This document shows, one piece after another, positions 51,507 to 62,946 of a stretch of DNA of 64,000 bases. The DNA is taken from NCBI RefSeq assembly GCF_009834535.1, contig NC_045697.1, forward strand, positions 46,688,001 to 46,752,000, in the 5' to 3' direction. The position numbers and the translations under genes are program-made. This DNA comes from Camelus ferus (Eukaryota). The notes beneath the pieces are model-generated. The model made no database searches and was not told the origin of the DNA. It saw only the letters and a list, made by a program, of their open reading frames with translations. Positions within the stretch are counted from its first letter, which is position 1. The number at the start of each line of letters is the position of its first letter.

Positions 51507-52624
51507 CTAACTCTTTGTAAATTCTTCATCCCTCTTAATTTTTGAAGTTCAGTTTGTCAACATAGTTCTCTTGAGGGTCTACCTTTTGCAAAATGTAAAG
51601 GCAGATTATTTGATGGATCTACTGGTAATTATACAGAGTCAAGAATCACGTTCCCTCATTGAGCCATAAACACATATGCCATATTTAATTTCTTATCAAT
51701 TGTAATATATGTATTTTTTCAGCTTAATTCACATAATAAGCCTGTGTGTCTATTTATTTCCCATGTAAAACTATGTATGAAATTATGTAGGAGGGTGCCT
51801 AATGGCATATATAACCCACTTATTCTGAATTCTAATCAAAATTATTCTACACATAGTATCTGTTGAATGTGTGGTACTTGGTAAGGCATACTGCATCTCG
51901 CCACTGAAAAGCCATGCCCCCCTCCCTTACTTGCAAGCAATCTGCTTACACACACACAGGAGAGGGGTACTGGAAAGAGAAAATAATAATAACAGTGGTT
52001 AACTTTCATAGTTCTTATTCTGTGGACATACACCCAACTGAAAGAAGAGATTTGGAATATTTGACTTGGGACAGTAGATAGCTAAGATAAAAATGAGAAA
52101 GAAAAATTGCAGGACAGAGAAAAACCAGGCACCTCTCACATCCCCAGTAATACTCAGACTTATATTCCCTTTTAACACTTATTACACTTTGCAATCCATT
52201 TACCTTTATTTACTCAGTTTTTGTTGGATCCACCATGAACCTCACAAGGACAAGGATTGTGTTTGTTTAGTTCACAGTTGTTTCCCAAAGGTTATCCTAG
52301 CAATTATTAAATATTGATACTTGGTAAATATTTCTTAAATGAATGAAGGAAGGAAGGTAAAAGGAGAAGAGCAAAACTACAGACTATTATTCGCATGTGC
52401 AAGGCACTACTAAGACTATAAAATGCCTGAAGCAATCTTGTCTCCTTAGGTAGCTTACACTGTAATCAGAGAAAAAAGGTTGCAGGGTATTAGAAAGGAA
52501 TTGATAGTGCTGAATCAAGAGCCACTGCGTGCCTCCAAAGTTCAGGGGAAAAGAGGAAAGAGTACTTACTGATAGATGCAATTACTGAGGATATGCAGAG
52601 ATAGCCAACAAAGAGGCAAAAGCA

Positions 52625-52907
52625 GCCAGTCACAGAAGGACAAATACTGCATGATTCCAGCTGTATGAGTTATCAAATACAATCAAACTCACAGAAGCAA
52701 AGAATAGAAAGGTGGTTGCCAGGAACTGCAGGGAGAGGAAAATGGAGAGGTGCTAATCAGCCTGTACAAAATTTCAGTCATTTAAGATGAATAAGTTCTA
52801 GAGATCTAAGGAACAACATTGTGCCTAAAGATAACAATACTGTATTACAAACTTAAAAATCTGTTCTGAAGGTAGATAGCATGTTAGGTGTTCTTGCCAC
52901 AATAAAG
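52625..52907 (+). mobile_element. L1MA9/10-like 3' end
   Basis: GCCAGTCACAGAAGGACAAATACTGCATGATTCCA…GATGAATAAGTTCTAGAGATCT…GTTCTTGCCACAATAAA. Confidence 0.85.
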
Positions 52908-54334
52908 ACAGAGAGAGAGAAAAGAAAAACACCAGGATTCTTCGTCGACATCAACCTCTGAATGTTTTCCATACTGCAGAACATCAGTTTCTCTAATATG
53001 CTATTTCATGTCAAAGCCTGGCTGTCACAGTGAAAGAGCCACACTTTCAACACTCTCTGTGAAACCAGGGGTCCGCAGGAAGTCTACCAGGCACTTCAGT
53101 GATGACCACCTGCAAGACCTTCTAGGATATGACTGAATTCCTGGCCTCCATGGGTCTATTAGGCCGTCTGATGAAAAGGAGGAATCTCGTGGCACCCAGG
53201 TGCTCTGAAGTGTGTTATTCCTGTCCCCTCAGGCTGAATGGAGTGCCCATCTGCCCTGGTTTTCAACAACTGCAAAGAAGCCCAGCATGCAGGGAATGAA
53301 ATATCTACTGGGTAAGGGGGACTGTCAATTCTGAAAATGCTTGTCAGTTTGTACAGCTGCCTCTAAGGGTCTGAGGTGATTTTTAATGCGTTGTGGCAAA
53401 ATATTCCCAACCTAAGTGTAAACATTTGGCAACTTCCTATAGAGTATAATTATCATTCACTATGATGATTTCCTAGTTTTATCTACCTTTTTAGGTAATT
53501 ATCACAGACATTTTCATTCCTGGTGGCTGTTTTCTAGTAGATTTTCAGTTAATAAAACAATAGAGCAATAAGTATGTCTCCCATTACTGGATAATTTATT
53601 ACTAATAAACATGTTTCAGTAAATATGTATTAAAATACTAAACATACAATGAGTTAATCATGTGGTTTCCATGTAATATATGTGACCATATAACAGTTCT
53701 GACGATAACTTTTGGGAGAACACCAGTAACTCATTTCATCATTTCAAATCGTAATCACTCGGCAAATTCTCTTCATTCTAAACACTACTGCAAGGTAACA
53801 CATGAAGAGATATATAGCCCTTACTTGGGATTATAAAACATATTTCTCTGCCAGTTTTCATCTCCATAAAATTAAACTTACATGTCTCCCCCAGGCTGAA
53901 TGAAATTTGGTAAAATGATGGATTCCTGTCTACTGAATAGTTTGTCCAGGTAAGACTTAAATGCTTTGGTAGATTCAGACTATTGGATCAGCCCCAGGAC
54001 CAACTGAGAATTTAGTAAGTACACTGTTCAACTTTTTGGAAATATATTTTCAGACCATTATAAAAATGAATCCAAGAGCCTTGGAAGAGCCATAAACTGT
54101 TTTGATGCCCATGCTAGGATTTCTGTTAGACATTCTAATTGCTCCAGAGGAACCCTAAAATAGTGACCAATTCTACCTGTGCCTCCAATAGGAATGATAA
54201 CCTCCGAAACAGTGTCTTAAAGTTCATCTGAGACTTTGAGCATAAATGTAGGATGATGCCAATGCCAAAGACATATTCCATTTTCTCTGAAACCTGATAA
54301 AACCTGACAGTTGGCTGGAGTGACCAACTATCAA

Positions 54335-54660
54335 TAAAACTGTATTTATTAAGTGCTCTGTTTGCCTAGTATTATTGGTGACCATGACAGAGAAGTGGGG
54401 GCTGCTTTCATGAGTCCAGTGGAGATGACATACACTGAACAATTAACTCAAGTGTAGTGACTGCCTGAAAAAGGTAAGTACAAAGTACAAACTAAGGTTA
54501 AAGGGTCAGGAAAAGCTTTCCTTAAAGAAGGAAAATGAGCTGACATTACCTTGGAAAAGAAATGATATAGGAGAGAAGGAAGAATGTCCAGAAGATGAAC
54601 CAGGATATGATCCAAGACTAGTGGAGAAAATTAAGTGGATTCTGTGTCTAGATCATCTAA
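54335..54660 (-). mobile_element. L2 3' fragment
   Basis: ATTTATTAAGTGCTCTGTTTGCCTAG…GGGTCAGGAAAAGCTTTCC. Confidence 0.6.
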
Positions 54661-56080
54661 CTGAAATAACAGAAGTGTATCATTTTTAAGAAACATTTCT
54701 AAAGAGTTAAAAAAAAAAAAGTAAGTCTCTGTTCATGAGACTTAATGATGACTGGAGTGAGGTGGCAGAGTATACACCAAAGTAAGGAATACATAGTAAT
54801 GTTCACCTTAGTGATAGAATGTCACATACGTAACAGAGGAAAAGTCCACCACCATCTCACTCCCAACAAAACAGAGCTCTCCCCAAATGCAATCACACCC
54901 TAAAGAATGAAAGCTGGCAACCCTAATTCATATATTACCTTCCAGGGTCAATCAGATTTTATAAGTAAATATATACGACTGAAATGACTGCCTCCTTGCA
55001 CATCATTTCTCTTCCACTGACTTAAAATAAAAATCAAGTTTCACTGAACAACATTTTCTTAAATCTATAAATGTTAGAAAGGGGCAAGTTCCTTTAGAGA
55101 GTACCTAAATTGTACCCCTGAGAAAAAAAGAGCCTGGGAAGTAATTTGACTTGCTAAAGATCATAAAGCTAGTTAGAGTCAGAGCTGAAACTAAAATCCT
55201 GATTTTTATTCTAGTTTTCCTCACATGATTGCATACAGGTATTCTTAAAATTATCTATATATTGCTGCTCTCTGGCAAATGTGATAATGACTAGATATAG
55301 ACCAACAATCATAATTGGAGGATAACTCTTGGTCAAGTTATTTATTAGAATTCTAGCATATGATAACTGTAATTTTGTAAATAGTGAGGCTGAGATTTTG
55401 ATATTGATACTACTACTACTGTGGATTTGAGTCACAAATTTGCAGTGTTAGTGAACAGTGACTTCAAGAAACTAGGCAGCACACAGGTTACAGCAAAAGG
55501 TGTGTAAACATGGCTCTAATGATGACTCAGCAGCAATAACCCTCATTTTTCCAAGTTTAGTTTGACCTCCAGCCTCCGCAGGTTCTTTATTTTGTTGACG
55601 TAAGTAAATAACATACACATATCAAAAAAGTGCAAGAACCCTTCCCATTAAGTTGCTTTAATGTGTTTGGTCTCTTGTAAAGTATGTGCAGGCATCTCAC
55701 CCAAAATCCACTAGGACAATACGCAGCAGAACACTTTATTGACTAAAGCCAGATTCAGATGCCCATTAGACTCTCAAGAGCAAGCCACAGACTCTGATTC
55801 TCCTCTCAGGCAGAGATCTGCCACAACCAAGCCTTTCACAGAAGGGTTTGCAAGCTCTGGGTCTTGTGCAAGAGACATGATCAAAATAACCTATTTCTCT
55901 CCCAGATCTCTTTTTCTCCATCCAGGTAACAAGCAATAGAGGAATATGGTGGATGGTAAGTGGACAGAATCAAATAAGTTATTAATTCCATCTTCAAGAG
56001 AGATTCTTTTGCTCACTTAGTCAGCAACAATGAACGACAGCCAGGCTTTAAAATTAAACACTTTCTTCCCCCCAACTCCT

Positions 56081-56107
56081 ACACACACACACACACACAC
56101 ACACACC
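56081..56107. repeat. (CA)n microsatellite
   Basis: Uninterrupted ACACAC run. Confidence 0.95.
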
Positions 56108-57949
56108 CCAAGGAAAGATTTAATGTCCGTATATTTTTTTTTAAAAAAAAGGATAGGGGTGGGCAAGACAGAGCATCTTTCATATTCCGCATTTTCAGAG
56201 TAAGTATCCAACACGACTTGCCATGATAACTAAATTTATTATTAACTGTGTATTTCATGATGTTAGTGACAATATGTTAATGTGATTTTTCACGTCCTCC
56301 TGCAGTGAACAGATGGCTCCTTTTACTTTACTTTCCACATCAAGTGTGATTATTTCTTAGTGCCAAAAGCCACCTGCCGCTCCTCGGTCTCCAGTCTAAT
56401 TTTTTATGTTGGTAAAACACAGCAGGACTTGTTATCAGTTGGATGGCATCTTAATAAAAGGAGACATGCCAACATATTGACATCATGTTCAAGGGGAAAT
56501 TTCAGCCCCTTCAAACCCTTAACCCCCTTCCCCTACCCCCTTTCAAAAAGTGAGGGAGAAAAAGGAAAAAAAAAAAAAAAGACGCAAAGACCCCACCAGT
56601 TTCAAGATGCTGGATTACAATTGTTGGGCCTAGAGCCAGGATGCTGAATTGGCCTCCCTTTGTTCCTAAACCCAAGCACCTCACTCAGGGCTCTGATCTT
56701 TCATCCTGTGTAATGATAATTAGCCATAACATATTCCAAAGTCAAATGTAAGCAGGAATACATTAACATTGAGATCAGTGTCAGGGCAATTTTCACTGGG
56801 AAAATGACAAAGAACGCACACATACACACATACACAATCAAAAATTTCAAGATTCAAGCATTCAAGCAAACAATCACTTTCATGGCTGTGAATATTAAAC
56901 TCATTGGCTTGTCTGTTATGAGTGCTTGCCTAGAATGCCAAGGCCTCCTAATGCGGATGCAGTCACTCCCACAGCCCATGCTTAACAGAGAAAACATGAG
57001 CAATAAACCACGGTAGCTTGCTTTAATTTCTCCATTCTTTATTAGAACAAAGAGGGATAGTACGTTAGGTGATTTGTGGTCTACGAAGAGGTCTTCCAGG
57101 CGATTGGATGGCATGGCTCTCAACAGCTGGTCCAGCACATTTGGGAACAGCATGTAGAAAAATGCATCACTGTTTTGAAGATTACCAACTGTGATGATAC
57201 ATTGGTCATGACACAATCTAAAAAATGTTAAATTTCCTAGTCACAAACTATATAATTCAATGCCCTTACCATCAGGGTACACACTCTCAAATTCAAGACA
57301 AGATATGTATAAATTTGGTGAAATCAAAACTTCTAAAACTGATCCCCACTCATCAGAGATTGAAAAGAGTAACAGCATTCTTCAATGCCTGATATTTCTT
57401 GTTAAAAGCCAAGGAGTTAAACCTGCAGTTGGCTTTCTAAGATGTACAAGTTTTATAAAAGGCAGGAAAAAAATTTCCTACAATAATGATTCACAATGAA
57501 TGGTTTTCTTCAGGAGAACAACTCTAGGTAGATTATGCCACCACAGAATCTCTCAAATTAACATAAATTTGTTATTGACGCCTTTATTCTTTTTAAACTA
57601 TCCCTCCAAACAAAAGAAACTGTATGAAATAGATCTCTACTAACTGTTTTGCAGCTTTTTATTTGCATTACATTTTCTCAGTATCTTGTTATAAAAATTT
57701 GCAAACTATAGAAAAGTTAAAAGAACAACACCATTTTATCCACCACACGGATTCTACAGATTCTACAATTAATATTTTACTATACTAATTTTATCATATA
57801 GTTTTTCATTTATCCATCCTTTTATCTATTCATCAATCTACCTTAACATATTAGATTGTAAAATGAACAACCAATAGTGCATTCAACAATCAAAATTAAA
57901 ATTAACTTGACTTTATGATAATTAAAGTGAGAATCATATATAATGGTGT

Positions 57950-58090
57950 TCATTAACTCATTCAATAAATATTTCTTGAGTTTCTGCTTAGGGTCAGGCA
58001 TGGTTCTAAATGCTGAAGGTACAAGATTGAATAATACAGCCAAAATACCTGCCCTCATTGAACTTATAATTTGGTGGGCTTGACAGGAGA
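57950..58090 (-). mobile_element. L2 3' end
   Basis: CATTCAATAAATATTTCTTGAG…CAGGCATGGTTCTAAATGCTG…CCTGCCCTCATTGAACTTA. Confidence 0.75.
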
Positions 58091-59354
58091 AAAATAATAA
58101 TTAAATGAATGGCTCTCTAAAACAAGATGTGCAAAGGAAGATATGTCAATATACACAAGTAAACTTAGTCAGGATTGTTCTTAGATGTAACAGTAGGAAG
58201 AATGTTTTATGCATCGCTATATTATTGCCTAAAATAGAGCCCATGTATATTTGTCAAACTACTGAATTAACAAATTTGCATTTGTGTGGAATATAATACA
58301 AATAAAGCAAATTCCTTGTAAAGTATAATGTCTTAAAAAGTAAGGTAGTTTCAATGATTATTTCAGATGTGCTTAAATTAAAATACAGTGAGGCTATTAT
58401 AGACTAACAATCAAAAGATTTTATGTTTTCAATTTTTTTAATGAAAAAATAGTGGAGTTAGTTTAACCTTAGTTTAAACAAACAAACTTAGTCAGCTTCG
58501 GTTAAATCCATCAACAGTTTGTAATTACTCTAAGACAGTTAAATAAATTTGGTCAACTTTTCTTTCTAAACTAAACAGAGACACTTATTATCTGATTATT
58601 TAGTGGCTATAACTTATTAACAGTGGATGTAATCTGTAAACCAGTTCTTTATAAACAGAACTAATGACTATATATATGTTATTTGTATTAACGACAAAAT
58701 GCTTAAAGTATCCCTAGGTTCAAAAACTAATGTGACTGGGAACATTTGTGTGCATATACTAGGGTGGTAGGGGAGAGGGGAAGTAGAAAAAAAACTTTGG
58801 GTCAAATCTTTTTCTTGAGTAGATTAATCTATACATAGAATGTTTACTACTGCCAAATACTTGGGAAGAAAAAAAATATTAAAAAAATTTTAAATCTGTT
58901 CCATGTAAATTAAAACACAGTATGATATACAGGCATACTGGTAAGTGCTGCCTCTAAATTTTTGCTTAGAAAATCTCTGGCTAAATTTTTAAAATTTAAC
59001 AAAGATATTATTTGGAAAAACTACCACCTTCTGATGATTTCAATCCCCTACTATTCAAATTAAGTCTGGTTGCTAATTTTGCTTTTCTAACTTCATAAAA
59101 TTCCTTAAAAGGGCTTACTTAAAAGGAAAATATGATCCAGTTAAAACAGTAAAATAACAATATTATTGTTGATTTTTATGGTACTATCTTGTTCTGTCAG
59201 TTTCACTAAGGATAAACGAGCTTCATCCTTGAGATACCTTAAAAATATAGTCTATGGCCTAATGCAGAAAACTGCCATTCACTGAGTGGACATTTCATAA
59301 ATATTTATTCACCAACTTTACAACCAATCTGAAAATTTAAACTTCTATTCAGTA

Positions 59355-61060
59355 GATTTCCACTCTTGCAAAGATGGAGTACAGAGATTAGATTTATCCT
59401 CATTTGAAACAATTAAAAAATGGACAAAATACATGAAACAGTTCACATAAGTCAAAAAATATGTAACAGTTTACAAGATGCTGGATAGCAGGCAATGAAG
59501 AACAGTGATCTCTAAGAGACAAGAGACAAATAGCATGAATACTATGACTTCCCCAGCCTATTGCCATGAGTGAGTTTGAGGCCATGGCCCTGGGAGGGGA
59601 AACCCAAGTGGAGCCCAGTGGAAACCCTGTAGTGAGGAGATGAAGCTGAGCATCCAGAGAGACAAAGGCAGCTAGATTCTATAGGCCGTGGTACTAGAAA
59701 GGAAAGAGTTGCATAGGAAGAGAACTCAGGAGAGCTTTAGAGTCCCCTTTAAGTATTCAGTTGAATACTGATCAGTGCATATGCGTGAGGAAACTACACG
59801 TGGCTGGGAAGAGAAGCAAATGAAAAAACTAAAGATTAACAGTATCCACTATTTACATACAATTGGGAACAGGGACTATTTCCACTAGCTATAAAAATCT
59901 CATTTTTCATGGGCCTTGGGTAGAGTACATTGAAGGATTTCATCACAGGTAAGGGGAATAATTAGCCCCAGATTAAAAACCATCTTGTTTCATCTAACAA
60001 ATCTTAAAGGCAAGACCCAAAAGAATCAAATTGTTTCCATGAAACTTAACTGCATCCCAAAGCAATGCTCAAGGTTTACAGGAACACAAAAATAACCAGC
60101 AATCCAATCAGGTAAAATTCACAATGTTTGGCACCTAATCAAAAATTATCAGGCAAGCAGAAAAATACAAGCCATAATAAGGAGAAAATTAATCAGTCAA
60201 TATTGAACCAGAACTGCCACAGATGTTAGAATTAGCAGAAAATGAAATTAAAAGTTATATTAAGTGTATTCCATTCCGTGTGTTCAAAAAGCTAAATATT
60301 TTTAAAAATCCAATGGAACTTCTAGGGATGAAAACTACAATGTACGAGTTGAAAAATACACTAGATAAATTAATAGCAGATTAGACAAAGGAGAAAACAT
60401 TAGTAAATGAAGATACAGCAATAGAAACTAAAATGAACCACAGAAAAAGAAGATAATTATAATTATAATGAGTAAAGAATCAGTGAACTATGGGATAACT
60501 CCAATGTACTTAATTGGAGTCCCTAAAGCAAAGGAGAGAGAGAAAATAAAACATATTTACAGAAATAATGGCTCAAAGCTTTCCAAATTTGATGAAATCC
60601 ATAAACCCAGAGATCTAAGCAGCTCATTCAGCTCCAAGCACAGAAAAGAAGAAAACTACACCAAGTAATAGCATCATAAAACTGACAAAACCACTGATTA
60701 AGAGAAAAAACTTATAAAGACGTCTTATAAGTTTGACAGTGAACTTCACACCTGGAACAACCCAAAAGACGGTGGAGCAAGTTTCAAGGCGCTGATTTTT
60801 AAGGAAAAAAAGTAAGAATTCTATACACAGAGAAAACATCTTTAAGTAGTAGATGAAATACTTTTCAGATGTTCAAAAGTTGTAAGAATTCATTTCCAAC
60901 AGACCCACAGTATCATAAATATTGAGGGAAATCTTACAGGCAGAAAGAACATGGTAAGAAAATATCGATCCTCACAATAGCATGAAGAGTACAAGCAACT
61001 CTATTTATGTGAATAAATACGTGATTTTTTTAAAGCTTAAACCGCCTTAAAAGACACTTG
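59355..61060 (+). mobile_element. 5' part of an old L1 (L1MC/MD-like 5'UTR + decayed ORF1), ending at the GK2 retrocopy
   Basis: Starts GATTTCCACTCTTGCAAAGATGGAGTA; ORF1-like A-rich segments AATGGAACTTCTAGGGATGAAAACTACAAT…AATAGCAGATTAGACA, TAATTGGAGTCCC, TTCCAAATTTGATGAAA. Confidence 0.8.
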
Positions 61061-61284
61061 AGTGGCTGGAGGCAGAGTCTGGGCCAAAGGAGGGGTGGAG
61101 TGAGAAGACGCAGCGCCAGTTAAACAGCAAAGGTTGCCCCAAGTGGCTCCAGGTTCTGCCGCAGTCACTGCGCCTGCGCCTTCTGCTCCAGACGCTCCGA
61201 CTGACGTCCTGCGCACCCCTCCCCCACCAACACCTCATCACCCGGGAAACGGCACCAGAGAGGCTGAGCTGCCGGACTGGTTTC
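61061..61284 (+). promoter_or_regulatory. GC/CpG-rich GK2 promoter and 5'UTR region
   Basis: Sharp rise in GC and CpG. GGGGTGGAG (61092-61100), CAGTTA MYB-type site (61117-61122), TGCGCCTGCGC NRF1-like (61169-61179), TGACGTC CRE-like (61202-61208). Ends CTGGTTTC-ATG, as I recall the parental GK 5'UTR does. Confidence 0.65.
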
Positions 61285-62946
61285 ATGGCAGCTCCGAAGC
61301 AGGCAGTTGTGGGGCCGTTGGTGGGGGCAGTGGTCCAGAGTACTAACTCCACTCATTTTCTGGTTTTCAATTCAAAAACAGCGGAACTACTTAGTCACCA
61401 TCAAGTGGAATTAACACAAGAGTTTCCAAAAGAAGGATGGGTAGAACAAGACCCTAAGGAAATTCTTCAGTCTGTTTATGAATGTATAGAGAAAACATGC
61501 CAGAAGCTTCAAGAGCTGAATATTGATAAATCCAACATAAAAGCTATTGGTGTCAGCAATCAGAGGGAAACCACCGTGATCTGGGATAAATTAACTGGGG
61601 AGCCGCTCTACAATGCTGTGGCGTGGCTTGATCTAAGAACCCAGTCTACTGTTGAGAATCTTAGTAAAAAAATTCCAGGAAATAATAACTTCGTCAAGTC
61701 CAAGACAGGCCTTCCACTTAGCACTTACTTCAGTGCAGTGAAACTTCGGTGGATTCTTGATAATGTGAGAGAAGTTCAAAAAGCTGTTGAAGAAGGTAGA
61801 GCTCTTTTCGGTACCATTGATTCATGGCTTATCTGGAGTCTGACGGGAGGAGTTAATGGAGGCGTTCATTGTACAGATGTAACAAATGCAAGTAGGACAA
61901 TGCTCTTCAACATCCATTCTTTGCAATGGGATAAAGAACTGTGTGACTTTTTTGAAATTCCAATGGACATTCTTCCAAGTGTCTGGAGCTCTTCTGAGAT
62001 CTATGGCCAAATGAAAACTGGGACCTTAGAAGGTGTGCCAATATCTGGGTGTTTGGGGGACCAGTCCGCTGCATTAGTAGGACAAATGTGCTTCCATGAA
62101 GGACAAGCCAAAAACACATATGGAACTGGCTGTTTCTTACTATGTAATACAGGTCGCAAGTGTGTGTTTTCTGAACATGGCCTTCTGACCACAGTGGCTT
62201 ACAAACTAGGCAAAGACAAGCCAGCATGTTATGCATTGGAAGGTTCTGTTGCTATAGCTGGTGCTGTTATTCGCTGGCTAAGAGACAATCTTGGAATTAT
62301 AAAGACCTCAGAAGAAAGTGAAAAACTTGCTAAAGAAGTAGGTACTTCTTACGGCTGCTACTTCATCCCAGCCTTTTCGGGGTTATACGCACCTTATTGG
62401 GAGCCCAGTGCAAGAGGGATAATCTGTGGTCTCACTCAGTTCACCAATAAAAGCCATATTGCTTTTGCAGCATTAGAAGCTATTTGTTTCCAAACCCGAG
62501 AGATTTTGGATGCCATAAACCGTGACTGTGGAATTCCACTCAGTCATTTGCAAGTGGATGGAGGAATGACCAACAACAAAGTTCTTATGCAACTGCAAGC
62601 AGACATTCTGCATATTCCAGTAATAAAAGCCTCTATGCCTGAAACATCTGCACTGGGAGCTGCCATGGCAGCAGGGGCTGCAGAAGGGGTGAACGTTTGG
62701 AGTCTTAAACCTGAGGATTTGTCAACTGTCATGATGGAACGGTTTGAACCACAGATCAAGGCCACAGAAAGTGAAATTCGTTATTCTACATGGAAGAAAG
62801 CCGTGATGAAGTCAATGGGTTGGGTTACAGCTCAGTCTCCTGAAAGTAATGAACCCACTATGTTCTACACTTTGCCCTTGGGTTTTTTTATAGTGAGTAG
62901 CATAATAATGTTAATTGGAGCAAGATACATCTCAGGTATACCATAA
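61285..62946 (+). CDS. GK2: Glycerol kinase 2, intronless testis retrogene, 553 aa
   Basis: Uninterrupted ORF with FGGY-family motifs ([54 protein letters not shown]), a hydrophobic C-terminal anchor and the GK2-type N-terminus MAAPK…GAVVQ. Confidence 0.97.
   Translation: MAAPKQAVVGPLVGAVVQSTNSTHFLVFNSKTAELLSHHQVELTQEFPKEGWVEQDPKEILQSVYECIEKTCQKLQELNIDKSNIKAIGVSNQRETTVIWDKLTGEPLYNAVAWLDLRTQSTVENLSKKIPGNNNFVKSKTGLPLSTYFSAVKLRWILDNVREVQKAVEEGRALFGTIDSWLIWSLTGGVNGGVHCTDVTNASRTMLFNIHSLQWDKELCDFFEIPMDILPSVWSSSEIYGQMKTGTLEGVPISGCLGDQSAALVGQMCFHEGQAKNTYGTGCFLLCNTGRKCVFSEHGLLTTVAYKLGKDKPACYALEGSVAIAGAVIRWLRDNLGIIKTSEESEKLAKEVGTSYGCYFIPAFSGLYAPYWEPSARGIICGLTQFTNKSHIAFAALEAICFQTREILDAINRDCGIPLSHLQVDGGMTNNKVLMQLQADILHIPVIKASMPETSALGAAMAAGAAEGVNVWSLKPEDLSTVMMERFEPQIKATESEIRYSTWKKAVMKSMGWVTAQSPESNEPTMFYTLPLGFFIVSSIIMLIGARYISGIP

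Noticed and set aside
61047..62765. Several antisense and alternative-frame ORFs overlapping GK2
   Set aside because: Expected shadows of a GC-rich leader and a real CDS; no independent evidence.
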